64,000 nucleotides of DNA from Lingula anatina (taxonomy: Eukaryota; Animalia; Brachiopoda): NCBI GenBank assembly GCA_051362555.1, contig CM120648.1:5328587-5392586 (forward strand), given 5' to 3'. Made by a program: the position numbers and the translations under genes. Positions 36,819 to 50,253 of the stretch are shown here, in pieces. Every line of letters begins with the position of its first letter. The first letter of the stretch is position 1. The notes beneath the pieces are model-generated. The model searched no databases. It saw only the letters and a program-made list of their open reading frames with translations, and was not told where the DNA came from.

Positions 36819-37561
36819 CACTACCACCTTTTGCATTATAATACTGCTGTTCATGCATGAAATGACGCCATTTCTGTATGTCATTGCTTAATCGAAATGA
36901 CGTCGTGACGCCAGTTTCAAGACTGAAGATGTCATTTGCCAAAAAGGATTATCTTACACGTAAACAATGAATTTGAAGATATCACTTTCTGTTTTGCACA
37001 TTATTCTTACTACAGCGCACGCGAGTACATTGAAGCACATGTTGTTTACTCAACTATTTCTTCTCCAATCTTTCCGCAGCTTCTCGAGTCCACATTAGTC
37101 AAACGACATATGATGCTCTGACGGAGACCGGGGGTTTTGTTATGAAGAAACGCGAGGAAAAAGTTTTACAGGTGAGACAGGCATCAAAACCCGAATGAGA
37201 TTTATGAAAATTTGTAGATAATTTTAAGTATTATCGACAACTTAAAACGAACTCTAGTTGCAAGTGTGATGAAACACATATGTCCATGTAGGCCTACATA
37301 ATGGCTTTATTAGTTTCGATTTCTTTTGGGTTATGAACTTGAAAGCTTAAGCTTGTATTGGTATGAATACTTTACGCCAAGCCTCAAATTACACCGAACC
37401 ACAAAATCGAGAGTTTCTTATCGCTTTCAATAAAACTTAATTTGTATTCATGATACTTGCAGTGACTGATGCTCCTATTCCAACACCAGACATGTTCTGT
37501 GGTCATTATTTCAATCAATTAATTATCAATTGATAATTGAAAAGAGTAAGGAAACGACAAA

Positions 37562-37600
<39 letters not shown>

Positions 37601-38117
37601 AGATTCATGATAAAAAATATAAGATATGAACGTTTTTTTTTCAACTCCAGAATGACAAGTATATGCGACTTAGCCTGCGGGGGAAGATCGACACCTACTG
37701 GCTGATGGATAAGACAGGTATGCGACGAACTGGAGCCCATCTGAACAGCGACTTCTTTGATGATGATGATGATAACTCCCTCAAGGAAAGAAATTACGAA
37801 CAGCCTTTTAAAGGTACTTATATGATACCTCAATTTATTCCTTGCGCAGATTATTCACTTATTTATTTATTTATTTATTTATTTGTTTGTTTATTTAGTC
37901 GTCTGTAAACTTATTTTTTTATTTATTTATATGCCTACCTCATATTCTAAATCCGTCCATAACCGTCCATTGAAGATATAAGTGGAATAAAGTCCTTTTT
38001 AGGGTTGTCTAACAGCCTTTTATTGTTCTAGATCGTCAGGAGTTTGAAAACCATCTTCAGGAGTCAGATGGGAACCCGTTCATTGAAAGACTCTTTCGGA
38101 GCACATTGATGAAGTAA
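31126..38117 (+). CDS. NIT-domain transmembrane guanylyl cyclase, paralog 3 (12 coding exons, ~701 aa)
   Basis: GT-AG exons 31126-31297, 32021-32169, 32941-33073, 33652-33872, 34226-34785, 35079-35265, 35683-35788, 36047-36184, 36624-36722, 37080-37171, 37651-37813, 38032-38117 join in frame (2106 nt). Same motif set as paralog 2. Confidence 0.92.
31810..31989. mobile_element. Short non-autonomous DNA element with poly-G/poly-C subtermini
   Basis: caggctcgtagccagggggg ... cccccc..gctgactatgggactg imperfect TIRs; internal aaaaggtccact repeats. Confidence 0.6.
33092..33200. mobile_element. MITE with CCCAGCAAACAC TIRs, second copy
   Basis: cccaccaaacac ... gtgtttgctggg with the same aacgtta interior as 9524-9633, in a non-homologous intron. 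Confidence 0.78.
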
Positions 38118-38196
38118 AAATGTATGTGTAATCACTAAATATAAGGGGTTAGTGCGTGCCGCCATGAGCAGCGACCCGAGACAGCTAACTGGCATT

Positions 38197-38349
38197 CAAG
38201 GCCCCGTGACTGGGTAGCATCGCGCATTGCGATCGAGTGCAAGCGTCTCGATTCCATAACTCGCCCATACTCGTCCCATATAATACATAGTAGCCTCTAT
38301 GTGGTAACACTATTCGCAATGCGCGATGCTTTCGAGTTACGGGGCCTTG
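38197..38349. mobile_element. GC-rich hairpin MITE in the probable 3' UTR of paralog 3
   Basis: caaggccccgtgact..agcatcgcgcattgcga / tcgcaatgcgcgatgct..agttacggggccttg inverted arms. Confidence 0.75.
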
Positions 38350-39500
38350 GAGCAGAGATACAACATGCAACCCTTATGTTTACGGAGAGTTGATATTCCG
38401 CCAATATTTCTTGGTACAGCCAACGCCAACTCTTTCAATTATGGCAGAAAAGATCCCTTGTGCTTAAGCCCCGACATATGCTCTAATGATATTTTCATGG
38501 CGTTTAAAAGTGAGAAATTTCCAATTAAACACTCGTTTTTCTCCATTGCTATAGTACATAGACTGCACATTTCGCTGCCGGGTTCAGACCCCGGTCCACC
38601 AAAATCACAAGTGGCGCACGCGCATCCCCTTATACCGTTTTAGACTGGTTGAAAATAACATCATCTTATTCTACACGCAGCGAGGAGAATGGTAAAAACG
38701 TGCTTCGAGTCAACCCCGCCTCGCCTTATCTCCTATCCGTTCAGACAAACAGGAACAAGAACATTTCTTTCTGACTCTTTATCTAAAACAGTTTGAAGTA
38801 CGCGCCGTGCGTGCAGATCCACTTATTGGTTTAACACATCTAAGTTAGAATGTCGAGGTAGAAGGACTATTGCGGAGCTAAGGGATTGTAGAAAAAATTA
38901 ACAAAAAATTGGCATGCTGTATCTTTATTCCGCATTTCTGCAACATTCAAAATATCAGAGGTATGCCTACTCGATTCATGTATATTTTTTAAACTCAGGG
39001 CTGCCTGTATTTCGTCAGCGCAATTATGCCTTCAAACTACAATAATTTTAAGTTAACATTTTATTTGAAGATTGTTCGTGGTAACATTATTGTAGTATGA
39101 TTTCCATATTATGTACAAAACAATGTCATGTAGCGTGTCATGCACATACTGGTGCATAATTTTAAATAAATATTACAATTTTAAATATATATTTACATCT
39201 ATGTAGGCATAGGTTTTCGCATTGATGGGGCCTGTTACAGCACTTACATATATCATACTATGTATGATGTCTGAAAATATTGTAATTTGTTCTTTTTGTA
39301 ACGAAAACGCCAGTTGATAAATTTATTTCGTATAACAGTGTGTGTATATTTTATAAGTTGAGTGCAGTATGTATTCCTTGATCAAAATGTATTTGTATAT
39401 TATCGAAATAAAGGCAATATAAGAACCATGCAACCAAATGATATTATATATGAGTGATCGACTCCAGGTGGGAAATCGCCCAGGTTGAAGGAGCAAGGAC

Positions 39501-39633
39501 GGTGTAACGGAACTGATGGCCCGTGTGCAGTAACAGAAACTCCGCCGTCCATTTAGTTATAATGGTAAGGGTTAGCCTGACCTAAGTGGGTCAAAATGAA
39601 TCGGAAGCGGACTCACTCGCTGTCCCGTTACCT
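39501..39633. repeat. Dispersed repeat with ggttagggttag-like core, copy 2, between the convergent genes
   Basis: Direct similarity to 5626-5798. Confidence 0.7.
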
Positions 39634-41622
39634 CTGTCCCACTGCGCATGCCTGAATCAAATGAAATCGAGACCGAAACGATCCCATGTACCCTCCGCGG
39701 GTCTCTCTACCAGTTTTGAAATTGGACGGGAGACGCCCGCAAGATTTGTATTCTTCAGGGCATTCACCACGTTGAGATTTGAAACCACTTTTAGAAAACC
39801 ACAAAATGTCCATTCCTTACCAGAGTGTGCATTATTAAGGACACTTTCTTTAAGAAAAATAAGAACTCAAATTTGTCGAAGCTCTGCAACCCTTGAAGTT
39901 GGAATCCGAATAATTAAGAATCAACTATTTAGATTTATAAGAATTTTAATTACAATAAATGCACAAAAGCTTTATATTTCAACAGTGTCAATTCAAAGTA
40001 CTCTCTCACAATGAAACACACCATACTGACCTTATTCAACTGAGTAAAATACAAAATGTCTGCTTTCTCCTGGTACAATTACAGAAATTCAAAACAATCT
40101 TTTTCCACATACGAACTTTGTTACCTTACAATACAATACATATTTATTGCCTTGTCTGACACATTTTAATTATTTGTTTGTGCCATATCCTTGAGGTTAC
40201 AAAAATACAAATGACAAGCAAATACTGTTACAATACAATTAACAACAGTGAAACAATAATGTACATTTTGAAGCTGACACATCACGGCACGGTGTGAATC
40301 TTTAGAAAACAGTGAGAAAATGAGCTCCTACATGAAAAAAATGGGTCATACCTTACGGCCATGGTTTTGGGCAGAGTTCCCGAAAAGTTTTTGTCTGGTT
40401 TTTGAAATCAAGACAATGAAAAAAAAAATCATGCTTCTTAACTAAGATGATAAGTTTATACTCCACATTTGATTGTGTCCCAAAGTCATATTTATAATGA
40501 TTCGTGACTGTGAGAAAAATGATTTTTCTATGAAAATTCTATTTGGTGTGAAAATTCTGGATAGTTGCTTTGATGCATTTGAAAAGTCTTCATTACAATA
40601 AATAAAGCCCCTTATACCACTTGAAGTATGCCACATCATCCAGATGTCGGTCTTTAGACAGGATTTCGAGCTGGAGGAGGGACAAATGACTCCACTGAAT
40701 TCTAACTGAGGTTCTGGGTGGCTTATGGCAGATAACTACTAGAAAAAGCAATTTCTGTTTTCAATTAGAAAAAAAAAAGCGTCTGTGCGATAAAAACAAA
40801 TGTAAATCAAGAATGGATGTCACTGGCACCTGGCTGACATGTAGTGCATATCCAATTTTTCAGTACCTAGCAATCTGAAAACCATAAAATTCACACAAAG
40901 CATGTTTCAGGTTCTAAGGATGCAATTCAAAAATTCAATTTGAACTGAAAATGAAAGAATTTTTTTGTGAAATCCCTTACTAATTATTTGGAAAAATTAA
41001 TGAGTAAAATTCTACTTTATAAAAAATGCCCCAAAATTATGGAAAAAAAAAAAACAGATTGGCTGCGATATAATCTTAAAGCAGTATAATAGTTGTACCT
41101 ATTTAAAACATCAATTCAAACCAACAATTATCTGCAATTTTGAGTGAGAAAGAAAACAATTCTGTAACTAACCAAAGTCATGCTACCAAATTCATAATTC
41201 TGTTAAAATTAAACTCTCTGCCTTAGATGTTTTTTAATCTATTATAATGTTTTTTTTTTAAATTTATTATTGTTTTCCTTGTGTATATAAATGTAAACGC
41301 TACTTAAGTAAAGCATTGGATTTCACTAAGCAAAACCAAGATATTTATATTATATAAGTTATTGTTTTTTGCCTGCCTATATATTGCAAAAAATATCACA
41401 TGGAAAGTTGAATGCCCTAGATGTGTGTTCCTGCCACTAAAAAAAATCAACGTCTTTTATCATTTACTGTTCATATCCTTGGAACATGTATACGCAATAT
41501 ATCTCAAATAAAGAGAAAATTCCTTTTCATAACAAGTCTCCAAAACATGATGGCTCCTTTATAAATTCTTTTGTCCTCAGAAGAAAAACAAAATCCAATT
41601 TCTTCTGCAATGGTGTACGGTA

Positions 41623-44600
41623 TCAAGTAAAAAGATTTATCCTTTTCGTGATTGGCTTCCGACACATGTGACAGTTCCGTAAGGGCTGTGCGCAGATGTG
41701 ACACGCGCTGTGTCCACAAAGGAACACGAGGTCCTTTTTACGATCCAGACAAATGGAGCACATAACAGTGTCCTCCATCTCTTGCATTTTGGCCTGTAGT
41801 TCCTGGAATTTTGACTCGCTGAAATCGTTGGAGCTGTCCTGGCGTTTCACTGACGATGGCTTGATTGGTGTCCCGCCTGAAAAATGAAGAATTTTCATTA
41901 TTTATTACCATATATTTCATAAAATCCATACATTACTGTGAATAATATAAGGAAAATAATATAAAAAAGTTATTTCAAAACTTTACACCTCATTTGCATC
42001 AAAAACCTAAGTTTCTTCTTCCTACACTGAAGCAGATATGAAATTCTCACAGGTAAAGTACATTTCTGACAAGGCATTAACATTGAAAATGACAAAAATG
42101 ATATGAGTTAATGTATATTAAAATCAATATCTAAAATAGCATGGCATCAATGTTCTTGTGCTGAGATGCAATAAAGGGTGATAGCAACAAAAAAAAAAGT
42201 ATTATAAGCACGTAAGAAATTGGTGAACATATCTAATAATTTTATTGTGTCATTACCGCCTGTCACATGAAAGAAAAGAGGTCAAAAGGTAATCTTGAAT
42301 TTAAATCCAAAAAGTTTGGCTAACTTCAGTCTACAATATATCTCACATAGTCTACTAAAAAGTAACTGAAAGTCTAAAACAATCGCAACTTCTCTCCTTT
42401 TGTAAAAACAATTCTAGTATAATAATAATACAAATGGACTACTGCCTTAATTTGAATCTAAGTAATGCAAATAAAATCTTCCAACCCCAAGTTAAGACAA
42501 ACTCCAAGATACTTAGAAGGGAATGCTAACTGCCTGTGTAGACACAATAATATACAACTTCAAGCAGTCTCTAGTAAGCTTTCTATAAGGTGTGTGGAAA
42601 TCTGCTTATAGTTATTACTCACAAATTCTGAACATATATTTTTTTGATATTTTTCTAAAACAAACTGTGAAAAAAAAAGATGCACATTGAAAAAAGTTTC
42701 TGATTGATCTGATTAATCTCTCAATTTAAATTTTTCTGAACACCTATACAAACTCAGAAAAATGGAAGGCTAGAAACATTGTTTGACAAAGTAAATCACT
42801 TGATTTCAACGACAGTTTGTGAGTAATTACCATGTTAGCATTTGTTTAGTGTTCCACCCCAATACAAATTATTTAAAAGCATTCACTGGTAAAAACACTA
42901 TACTCACTGAGTGCATTCAATTCCTGCCCACCTGGAATTAACAGACATGCAGGGGTCAACAAGTGCAAAAACCACAGTAGCCATTTAGAAAATGACTGCA
43001 ATTTTACATTATCAAGCTAAAATCGATCATATTACTTGAGAGTGGGATTTCCATGCTGTGATTCAACTCTGTTCCCATCCCAGTTCAACATGCAAGGGTT
43101 GTTAATGCCAGTGCTCCAATTTAGAAAGCAGGGTGTTTTCACATGACAGAAAAGCAGAGGCAAATTCAGAGAGGAGTAAGGTGGGGAGATGGCTTGGGAG
43201 GTGGTGGAAACCTCCCTGACAGAGATCTCAGATAGGGAAAATATACTCTTATGTTTTGCTTTCTAACTGAGAGTATGAGACTGTTTTAAGACTGTGTAAG
43301 ATACTTTGGGGTGCAGAGATTATGGGGCGATGGATCCACACCTGTTTTGGTATGCTCCAAATTATGAACTTACACCAAGTGATATCAGGTATATGTTGTC
43401 TTTACATATACCCAGGTATAGTACAAACAACAAGGTTAAACTTGTAATATTTTCATATCTTTTATCCACAGATAATAGCATTTAACCTTGTCATTTATCG
43501 ACAGTTTGATGGTAAGAAAACTTACCAGCAGCGACTTTGCTTTGGATTGGTACTCCACACTCCAGACATTTCTTCATCTTGGCGCAGCAGTCTGAGCAGG
43601 ATATCTGATGTCCGCAGGGCATGAACTTCACATCCGCAGGATCGTCTTCGCAAACTTTGCACGACGGCATGCTGTTTTCTGCAGGATTGGCAGGAGTGCT
43701 GGTTCTGAAGAAAATGTAGATTTAGATCTTATTTCTTTTTTTTTTTTTTTTAAAACAAGCTTTTGCCCCCCTGAGAAGTTTCGATGTCCAATGGACACCT
43801 TCATAAGTCAAATAAGATTAATTTTAACTATTTTTATAATTTTAACAAAGTGATGCAATTGACATAAGGTGTCTGACGGGCATTAAAACATCTCAAGTGA
43901 GCCATAAAAGTTTGTTTAAAAAAATGAAAATTAAAATAATAAAAAATTTTGAAAAAAGGATAATCCTGCCGATTCTTTGAACTTGACCTGTGCTTAAGCT
44001 CCTCTACAAATGGCTACAAGGTCCAAGCAAAATTGTGATTTGTTTCATGTTATCACATGTCAACAATAAGTAAGCATGGCTCTGGTTTTTAACTATCAGT
44101 AAAAAGCATGAATCCAATAACTGTTGTTGAGCTTTATGGTATAGAGAGAATTTCTACTCATGAGTCACTGTACCAACTTGATCTGTTTGTTTACTTGGCA
44201 GGTAGCAACAAGTTTTACAAAAATTTATTTAAGTTTTACAAAGTCAATGACCTGCCCAAAACTGCCCAAATAATGGTCTAGTTGTACTCACTGTACTCCA
44301 GCAAACTGTTTCAGTTGCTCCTGCACCTTGGGGTCTGTGATAACATCAAGGGGGGTCTTTCCCTGTGCATTCTTATTGGTCAGAGAGGCCCCCTGCTGAG
44401 CTAAGTAACAGGCAATGGCCGTGCCTGTGTTTGTGTCGTCCTCGGTCATGCCTAACTGTGAGCGAATCTGGAAGGGAAATTATTCACAATGTCTTTTAGA
44501 TAATTCTTCATCAAGTCTCAACAAAATTGTTTAGTTATATTCAATTTTCAACCTTTGTTTGACTGGCAGTATCTGGATAGGTTTTATTCAACCAACCTCA

Positions 44601-44865
44601 ACCAACAACATTTTTGGCTCCCAAAAAGTCAGCATTCAGTTTATAGTCAGAAAACTCTCATCCCTGTATATAACTACTAAATGCTTATTGTAAGCTTTAA
44701 TGTCTTCTGCTGTATTAGATGTTATGGGTGTGTGAACTTACAGCAGCTAATATGGGCGAGTTGTCCAGTTCTGTGGCCACATTCTGTCTCATGAGAGCTA
44801 GGTGGAGGCAGGTGTCTCCATCCTCATCCTGGACATTAACATCAGCACCTACAGCATTAATATAA

Positions 44866-44896
<31 letters not shown>

Positions 44897-47800
44897 AGAA
44901 ATAAATAAAATGAGGAAACTTGCATACTGACTTTCTTCCCATACTGAACTAACTATAATCAGACAGCCTACAAAAATGGTGTTTTGCGTTAGGCTGGCCC
45001 ATTCAGACTGAAAACTCGACTACATTCAAAGTTGGTCTGACCCATCTCAACTGAATCCAAACCTTCATTGCCTGTATACAGAAAGGTGTAAATTGTTACC
45101 TTTAGACACCAGTAACTCCAGTAAAGCCGTGTGTCCCTGGGAAACCGCCAGGAGGAGAGGGGTCTGTTTTCTGTTATTCCTGATCTCTATGTCTGCCTGA
45201 CCCTGCAGAGACAGAAATGATGGTATGTTAGTTATAGGAGGTAAAGATTTGTGAAGGCACTCTACTGGGGGCAACCTAGAGATTTTGTGTTATTTTGCTG
45301 ATATATATCTGGTGTTAAAAATATTGCACTGAAATCCACCAGAAAGCTATGTAGATGGTGAATTTTCAATGAACAGTTGAGAAAGAGCTTAGACAAATGG
45401 ATAAAAAGCTAAGGATCCATTACACCAATAAACATATGCAATGATATCTGTTGAAACCTTAACACTTCAGCCCAATGTAATTCCACTTACTCCAATCAAG
45501 CCATATTTTACCTGCGTGAGAAGAATTTCTGCCACTTCCTTGTGACCGTTCAATGCTGCAAGGTGGAGGGCTGAGAAACCATCGTCCTTCTTGACGTCAG
45601 CCACCTGACGCGCCTTGAGCAGGATACGCTCAGTGGCCCTGAAATACAGAGGCCAAGAGGTCAAACAGAGGTGAAAAGGTCAAAGGTCACACAAAGGTCA
45701 CATTTATTGCTGTATAAGGGTAAGTACATGGGAGAACTACTTTTAATCAGAATTTGGACAAGTCTAATCTTTCCACTTCCCTGATTAATATTGAAACAAA
45801 ATCAATTTTTATTCACCCCAAAACAAAGATTTGTCAGTCATAACTGTTAAGGACCAGAGAGGTGCAGCTGGCTGCTTGGTACATACCACTAGCAGGGTTA
45901 AGCATAGCAGTGTGATGATATTAAAGATTTCATGCTCTAAACAACTGAAAGCATACTGCCTCTCACTACAGCATGGCAGAGGACAATGAAAATCAGAGAG
46001 GCATCGCTGCCTTCTGGTTATGTACCACCAGCTGGGTTATGCAGACCAATGAGATAACACCCAACTACTTACAGCTTATTGCCTTTCAATGCTGCATGGT
46101 GTAGTACGTTGAAGCCGCGTTTATTGCGCAGGGTAAAGTCAATGCCTGGATAGTTGCATAACAGGTCAATGATCTCCTGGTTGTCCTTTCCTATACCATC
46201 ATGCAGTGCTGTGTCACCATACGAATCCTGGAATGATGAAATTATTATTTTCATTCAGTAATCATAGATTTGTGGAAACAAAGCAAATTGAGGGACAAAT
46301 TTATTAACTTGGATATCAGGCCGGTTTTAGCTTTTAAGTCAATCAAATATTTTCGTATTACTTGTAAAAATGATCCTCTCTCTCTGATTTCATCTTTACT
46401 GCTCCACTTGCTAATACTAATAAAGAAAAATATAAACGTTTTCTTGATTTTGTACTGCTCACAATTCACATATCTAATTATCTTTACTCAATATCTCAAT
46501 GTAAGTTGGAGTGAACCATGAGCCTAAACAAACCTGAATGTTGACATCGCACGTGTGTCGCAGTAAGACGCGCACACAGTCCACGTGCTGTTTGTTCACA
46601 GCCACATGCAGCGTGCTGCAGCCGCCATTGTTTAAAGCGTTGATGTTGGCGCCCTTGCTGAGGAGGTACTCTGTGATCTCTGGCTGGTTACTGTTAACGA
46701 AAGAAGACAGAAGTTAAAATGGTTGGGTTCCCCATTTTTACATGTGGTACAGCCAAGCAGGTGTGTAAGTCATATATTAAGATCTGTTTTTACCAACAAT
46801 GCACCTGTCAATCAAACCTATCCTTGATCCACCCGCATTTTTTGCTTACCCAGAATGCACTTAGCTGTCTGTGTGTAAAAAAACTCTAACTATGGTAGAA
46901 CTTATCAAGAATGTACCTGCGAGAAAACATTACACTGGGGTAAAAGAACTTACCCAGAGTGATCCAGAGTAAGAACCAGAATGCATCCAGCATTCGCCTG
47001 TGTATGTGACAGACAACTTACTAAGCATGTATCTGTGTGCCAAAAAAAACTTGCCCAGCATACATCTGTATAAGACGCATGCTAGGTAAGAGCATGCTGG
47101 GTAAAACTCACCCAAATGACGCGTAGTGCAGGGCTGTATCCCCGTCCTCGTCCTGCAGCTCCAGGTTAGCCCCAGAGCTCAGCAATAATTTGACAATTTC
47201 TATGTGACCTTGGTGGCTGGCCACCTGCAGCGCCGTCTTCCCTGCACTCTTCTGGTCAACCTGGAGAGTGACAATAAATAAATTAATAAATAAGTAAATA
47301 AATAAATCCAAATATTACATTACAGATGACACAGTTAGATTTCGAAATCCAGCTTTTACCATATGAATATATTTCGCAAACATTCAAGTATTTCCCAAAC
47401 TGAAAATTTTTTGTCAATTGGAAAAGGACTGGTATGTGGCTAACAAGTAATCGGATTTTATAAAATCCTGGTTTCTATCTACATCTAGTCTTGGAACTTT
47501 TTTCTGTTTAAAAATGAATCATTTTAATCATTTACAAAAGTCCATTACATACCTTATCTGGGAATTTTGTAACAATGTTCTTGACATTATCTATATGTCC
47601 CTGCGCGGCCTCTCGTACCAAGCGGTCTGGGCCACTGGCGTCTGGGAGCTGAAGCTCAAACAGCTGCTCTAACAGAGCTGTCAGGGTGGCTGTAAAATAG
47701 AGAGCGGGTTTCATGAAAACAAAGACTAGGAGATAGAAGACAATAAGGTTCTGTGGCTTCAGGGAGATGTTGCTTACCCGTTTTCCGTTAGTGTCAAAGG

Positions 47801-50206
47801 TGACTGCACTAAAGAGGTCACTAAAAAGTTTTTGTTCAAATAGACTTTCAAAAATAAGAGGTTTGAGAAGTCCAGTTGGGGGAAACATTTCACCAACTTG
47901 CACATGTAAATAAAAAAGGAACTTTTTTAAAAATCAATTTCCTATTGGTGTTACTTACTTGTTCTATCCTCTCTCTCATGTGATGCCATGCTGTTGTTTA
48001 GATCCTCGGCACCATGTGGCAGTACTGTGCAGCAGGCAGGGTTGAACGTCCATGTCTGCTTGTTGACCGCCACCCTCAAGTCACCATCTGCATACACCTT
48101 CAGAACCTTTCCTATCTTACCTAGGGCCTGGAACATGGACAACAGAAGATCTTTGATATTGGACATATAGAAATATACATTTAACACCTTCCCTATCTTA
48201 CCTAGGGCCTGGAACATGGACAATAAAAGATTTGTGATACTGGACATATAGATCTACACCTTCAATACCTTCCCTATCTCAAAGTCTAACAAATGTATGG
48301 GTAGAATCACTAATGATAACACATGGCCCATGCTGTCTTGAACTGTAACTTATCTATAATCTTCATCATGACACTCACAGCTTTCATGCTGTCCGTCCAC
48401 TCCCCATGGCCAACTTGCAGTTTTCTAACTTCATGGAGGTTTTCTGATATCTTCACAATGTCTGCCACTGAAAACTGCTGAACCTTCACATTAGAAACAG
48501 AAAATACATTACCAAATGTATTCAATGTCAGTTAACTGGCACATGGTAAAAATTGAACAGCTAATTGAAACCAGAAGAAAACCAAGTCAGACAGAGACAT
48601 ATTCTGCTACTTTCAAATATTTTCACAAAATTCAAATCATTTGCTACAGTGGACACAACGTAAAAATAATAATAATAATAATAATAATAATTCATCAATT
48701 ATTTATTAATTAAAAAACAGATATGATTTTGGGTAGTAAAAAAAAAGGAAAAACTATAGAAAACTGCCCATGGTGGGCTCATCATTAAAGACAGCCAAAA
48801 TGGGCCCCCTGAGATGAGGGGACTCAAATGGAAAGGAAACATGCCTTCCATGCCTCACACCCACCTTGGTCAAAGCACCTGCATGGAACGTCCACCTGTT
48901 CTGGCATCCCTCATACTGCACGCGCACGTCTCCACGCTCTGTGATTCGATGAACTGTACCAACTTTTCCAATGAACTACAGTAAGCAAATATGGTTGATG
49001 TTTTTATATGTTCGAATATTCCATTAGAAAGAAACTGGGTTTATTAGGAGAAAAGGGATAGTTTGTAGAAGTTATATCTAAAGCATTGCAAGTAACTTTA
49101 AACTTAATAGAGAATTCAATCATCAGCTTTAGATCATGTTTATGTGATTATCTATCAATTGTTCAATCAAAAATTATGGATAATTATTTTCCAAAAATTT
49201 CATCAATTCTACCTCTGCCATCTTTGGATTCCATCCCCCATGACCTTCCTGCATGGCCTTGAGAATATCTAGGTCAAGGTCAACTTTGACTTTGTCTCCC
49301 ACCCTGAACTGGCAGGGCACCACAGCTGCGGTGGACGCCTCGGTGTGCTCACCTGAAAGGTCATGAATAATTTGTAATTTAGTCCAAGAATTGATAAAAT
49401 TTGGGATCATTGAACAGACCAAAAGATCTGGAGAGATGTGAATCTTTTCAACACGATTTACTATGAAGTAACTGTATATGATGCAGCACAATATAATTCC
49501 TTATTTGTTACTTGCCAAAAAGACAAGCACTACGTCATGTTTAATAAAAAGACAACTGTTCATTTATAAGTGGGTCAGTTGCCCCATTTACCAGTGCAGA
49601 AAAGTACTGGCACTGGCGAGTTTGAAAACGCTGGGTTATCACATGGCACAAGTGCACCAATGAGGTACCATCTCTGGTCCTTTCCGCCTTCTTACCTAGC
49701 ACAGGCAGATGGTCTCTGTAGTACGGCCATCCAGGGGCATCCTGGATGTATTTTAGGTCCACTTTCCCCTTGTGGCCCAGCCTGTACACATTGGTGGAGC
49801 CTGTTGTCCAGGACACGTTGGCGACACTGCGTCCAGACTCTGTGTCCCACCCTCGTATGTCCAGCACCTTGCCCACTTTACCTTCTCCTCCTGTGAAGGA
49901 AAAAAAAAAAAAAGGAAAATGTGTTTTTGTTTGATGTCAACTGGATTAAAATTCAGGGAAGAAAAAAAATGTATGTATTTGAACACTGCTGCAAAGTATA
50001 AAAAATGTATAAAACTGCTAACTGATTCTTGTTTTAATGTTGGTTATTCATGTCTTTTATTTACCATCTTGGCTTGCCCAGTCCCAGTCTGGCCCGCGGA
50101 CCACTTTGGCTCCAGAAAATATACCCTTGGCCGTCAGCTTCACAGATGTGCTCCTCTTTGGTACCTTGACTCTGGAACATATTTCAAAAAAAAAAATAAA
50201 ATAAAA

Positions 50207-50253
<47 letters not shown>

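Noticed and set aside
38117-41623. Functional link between the NIT-GC array and MIB2
   Set aside because: Adjacency alone is not evidence of a shared pathway in an animal genome; conserved synteny or co-expression would be needed.
43036-43080. Possible extra MIB2 exon ([14 protein letters not shown])
   Set aside because: No AG at the expected acceptor, and its end phase is incompatible with the next exon.
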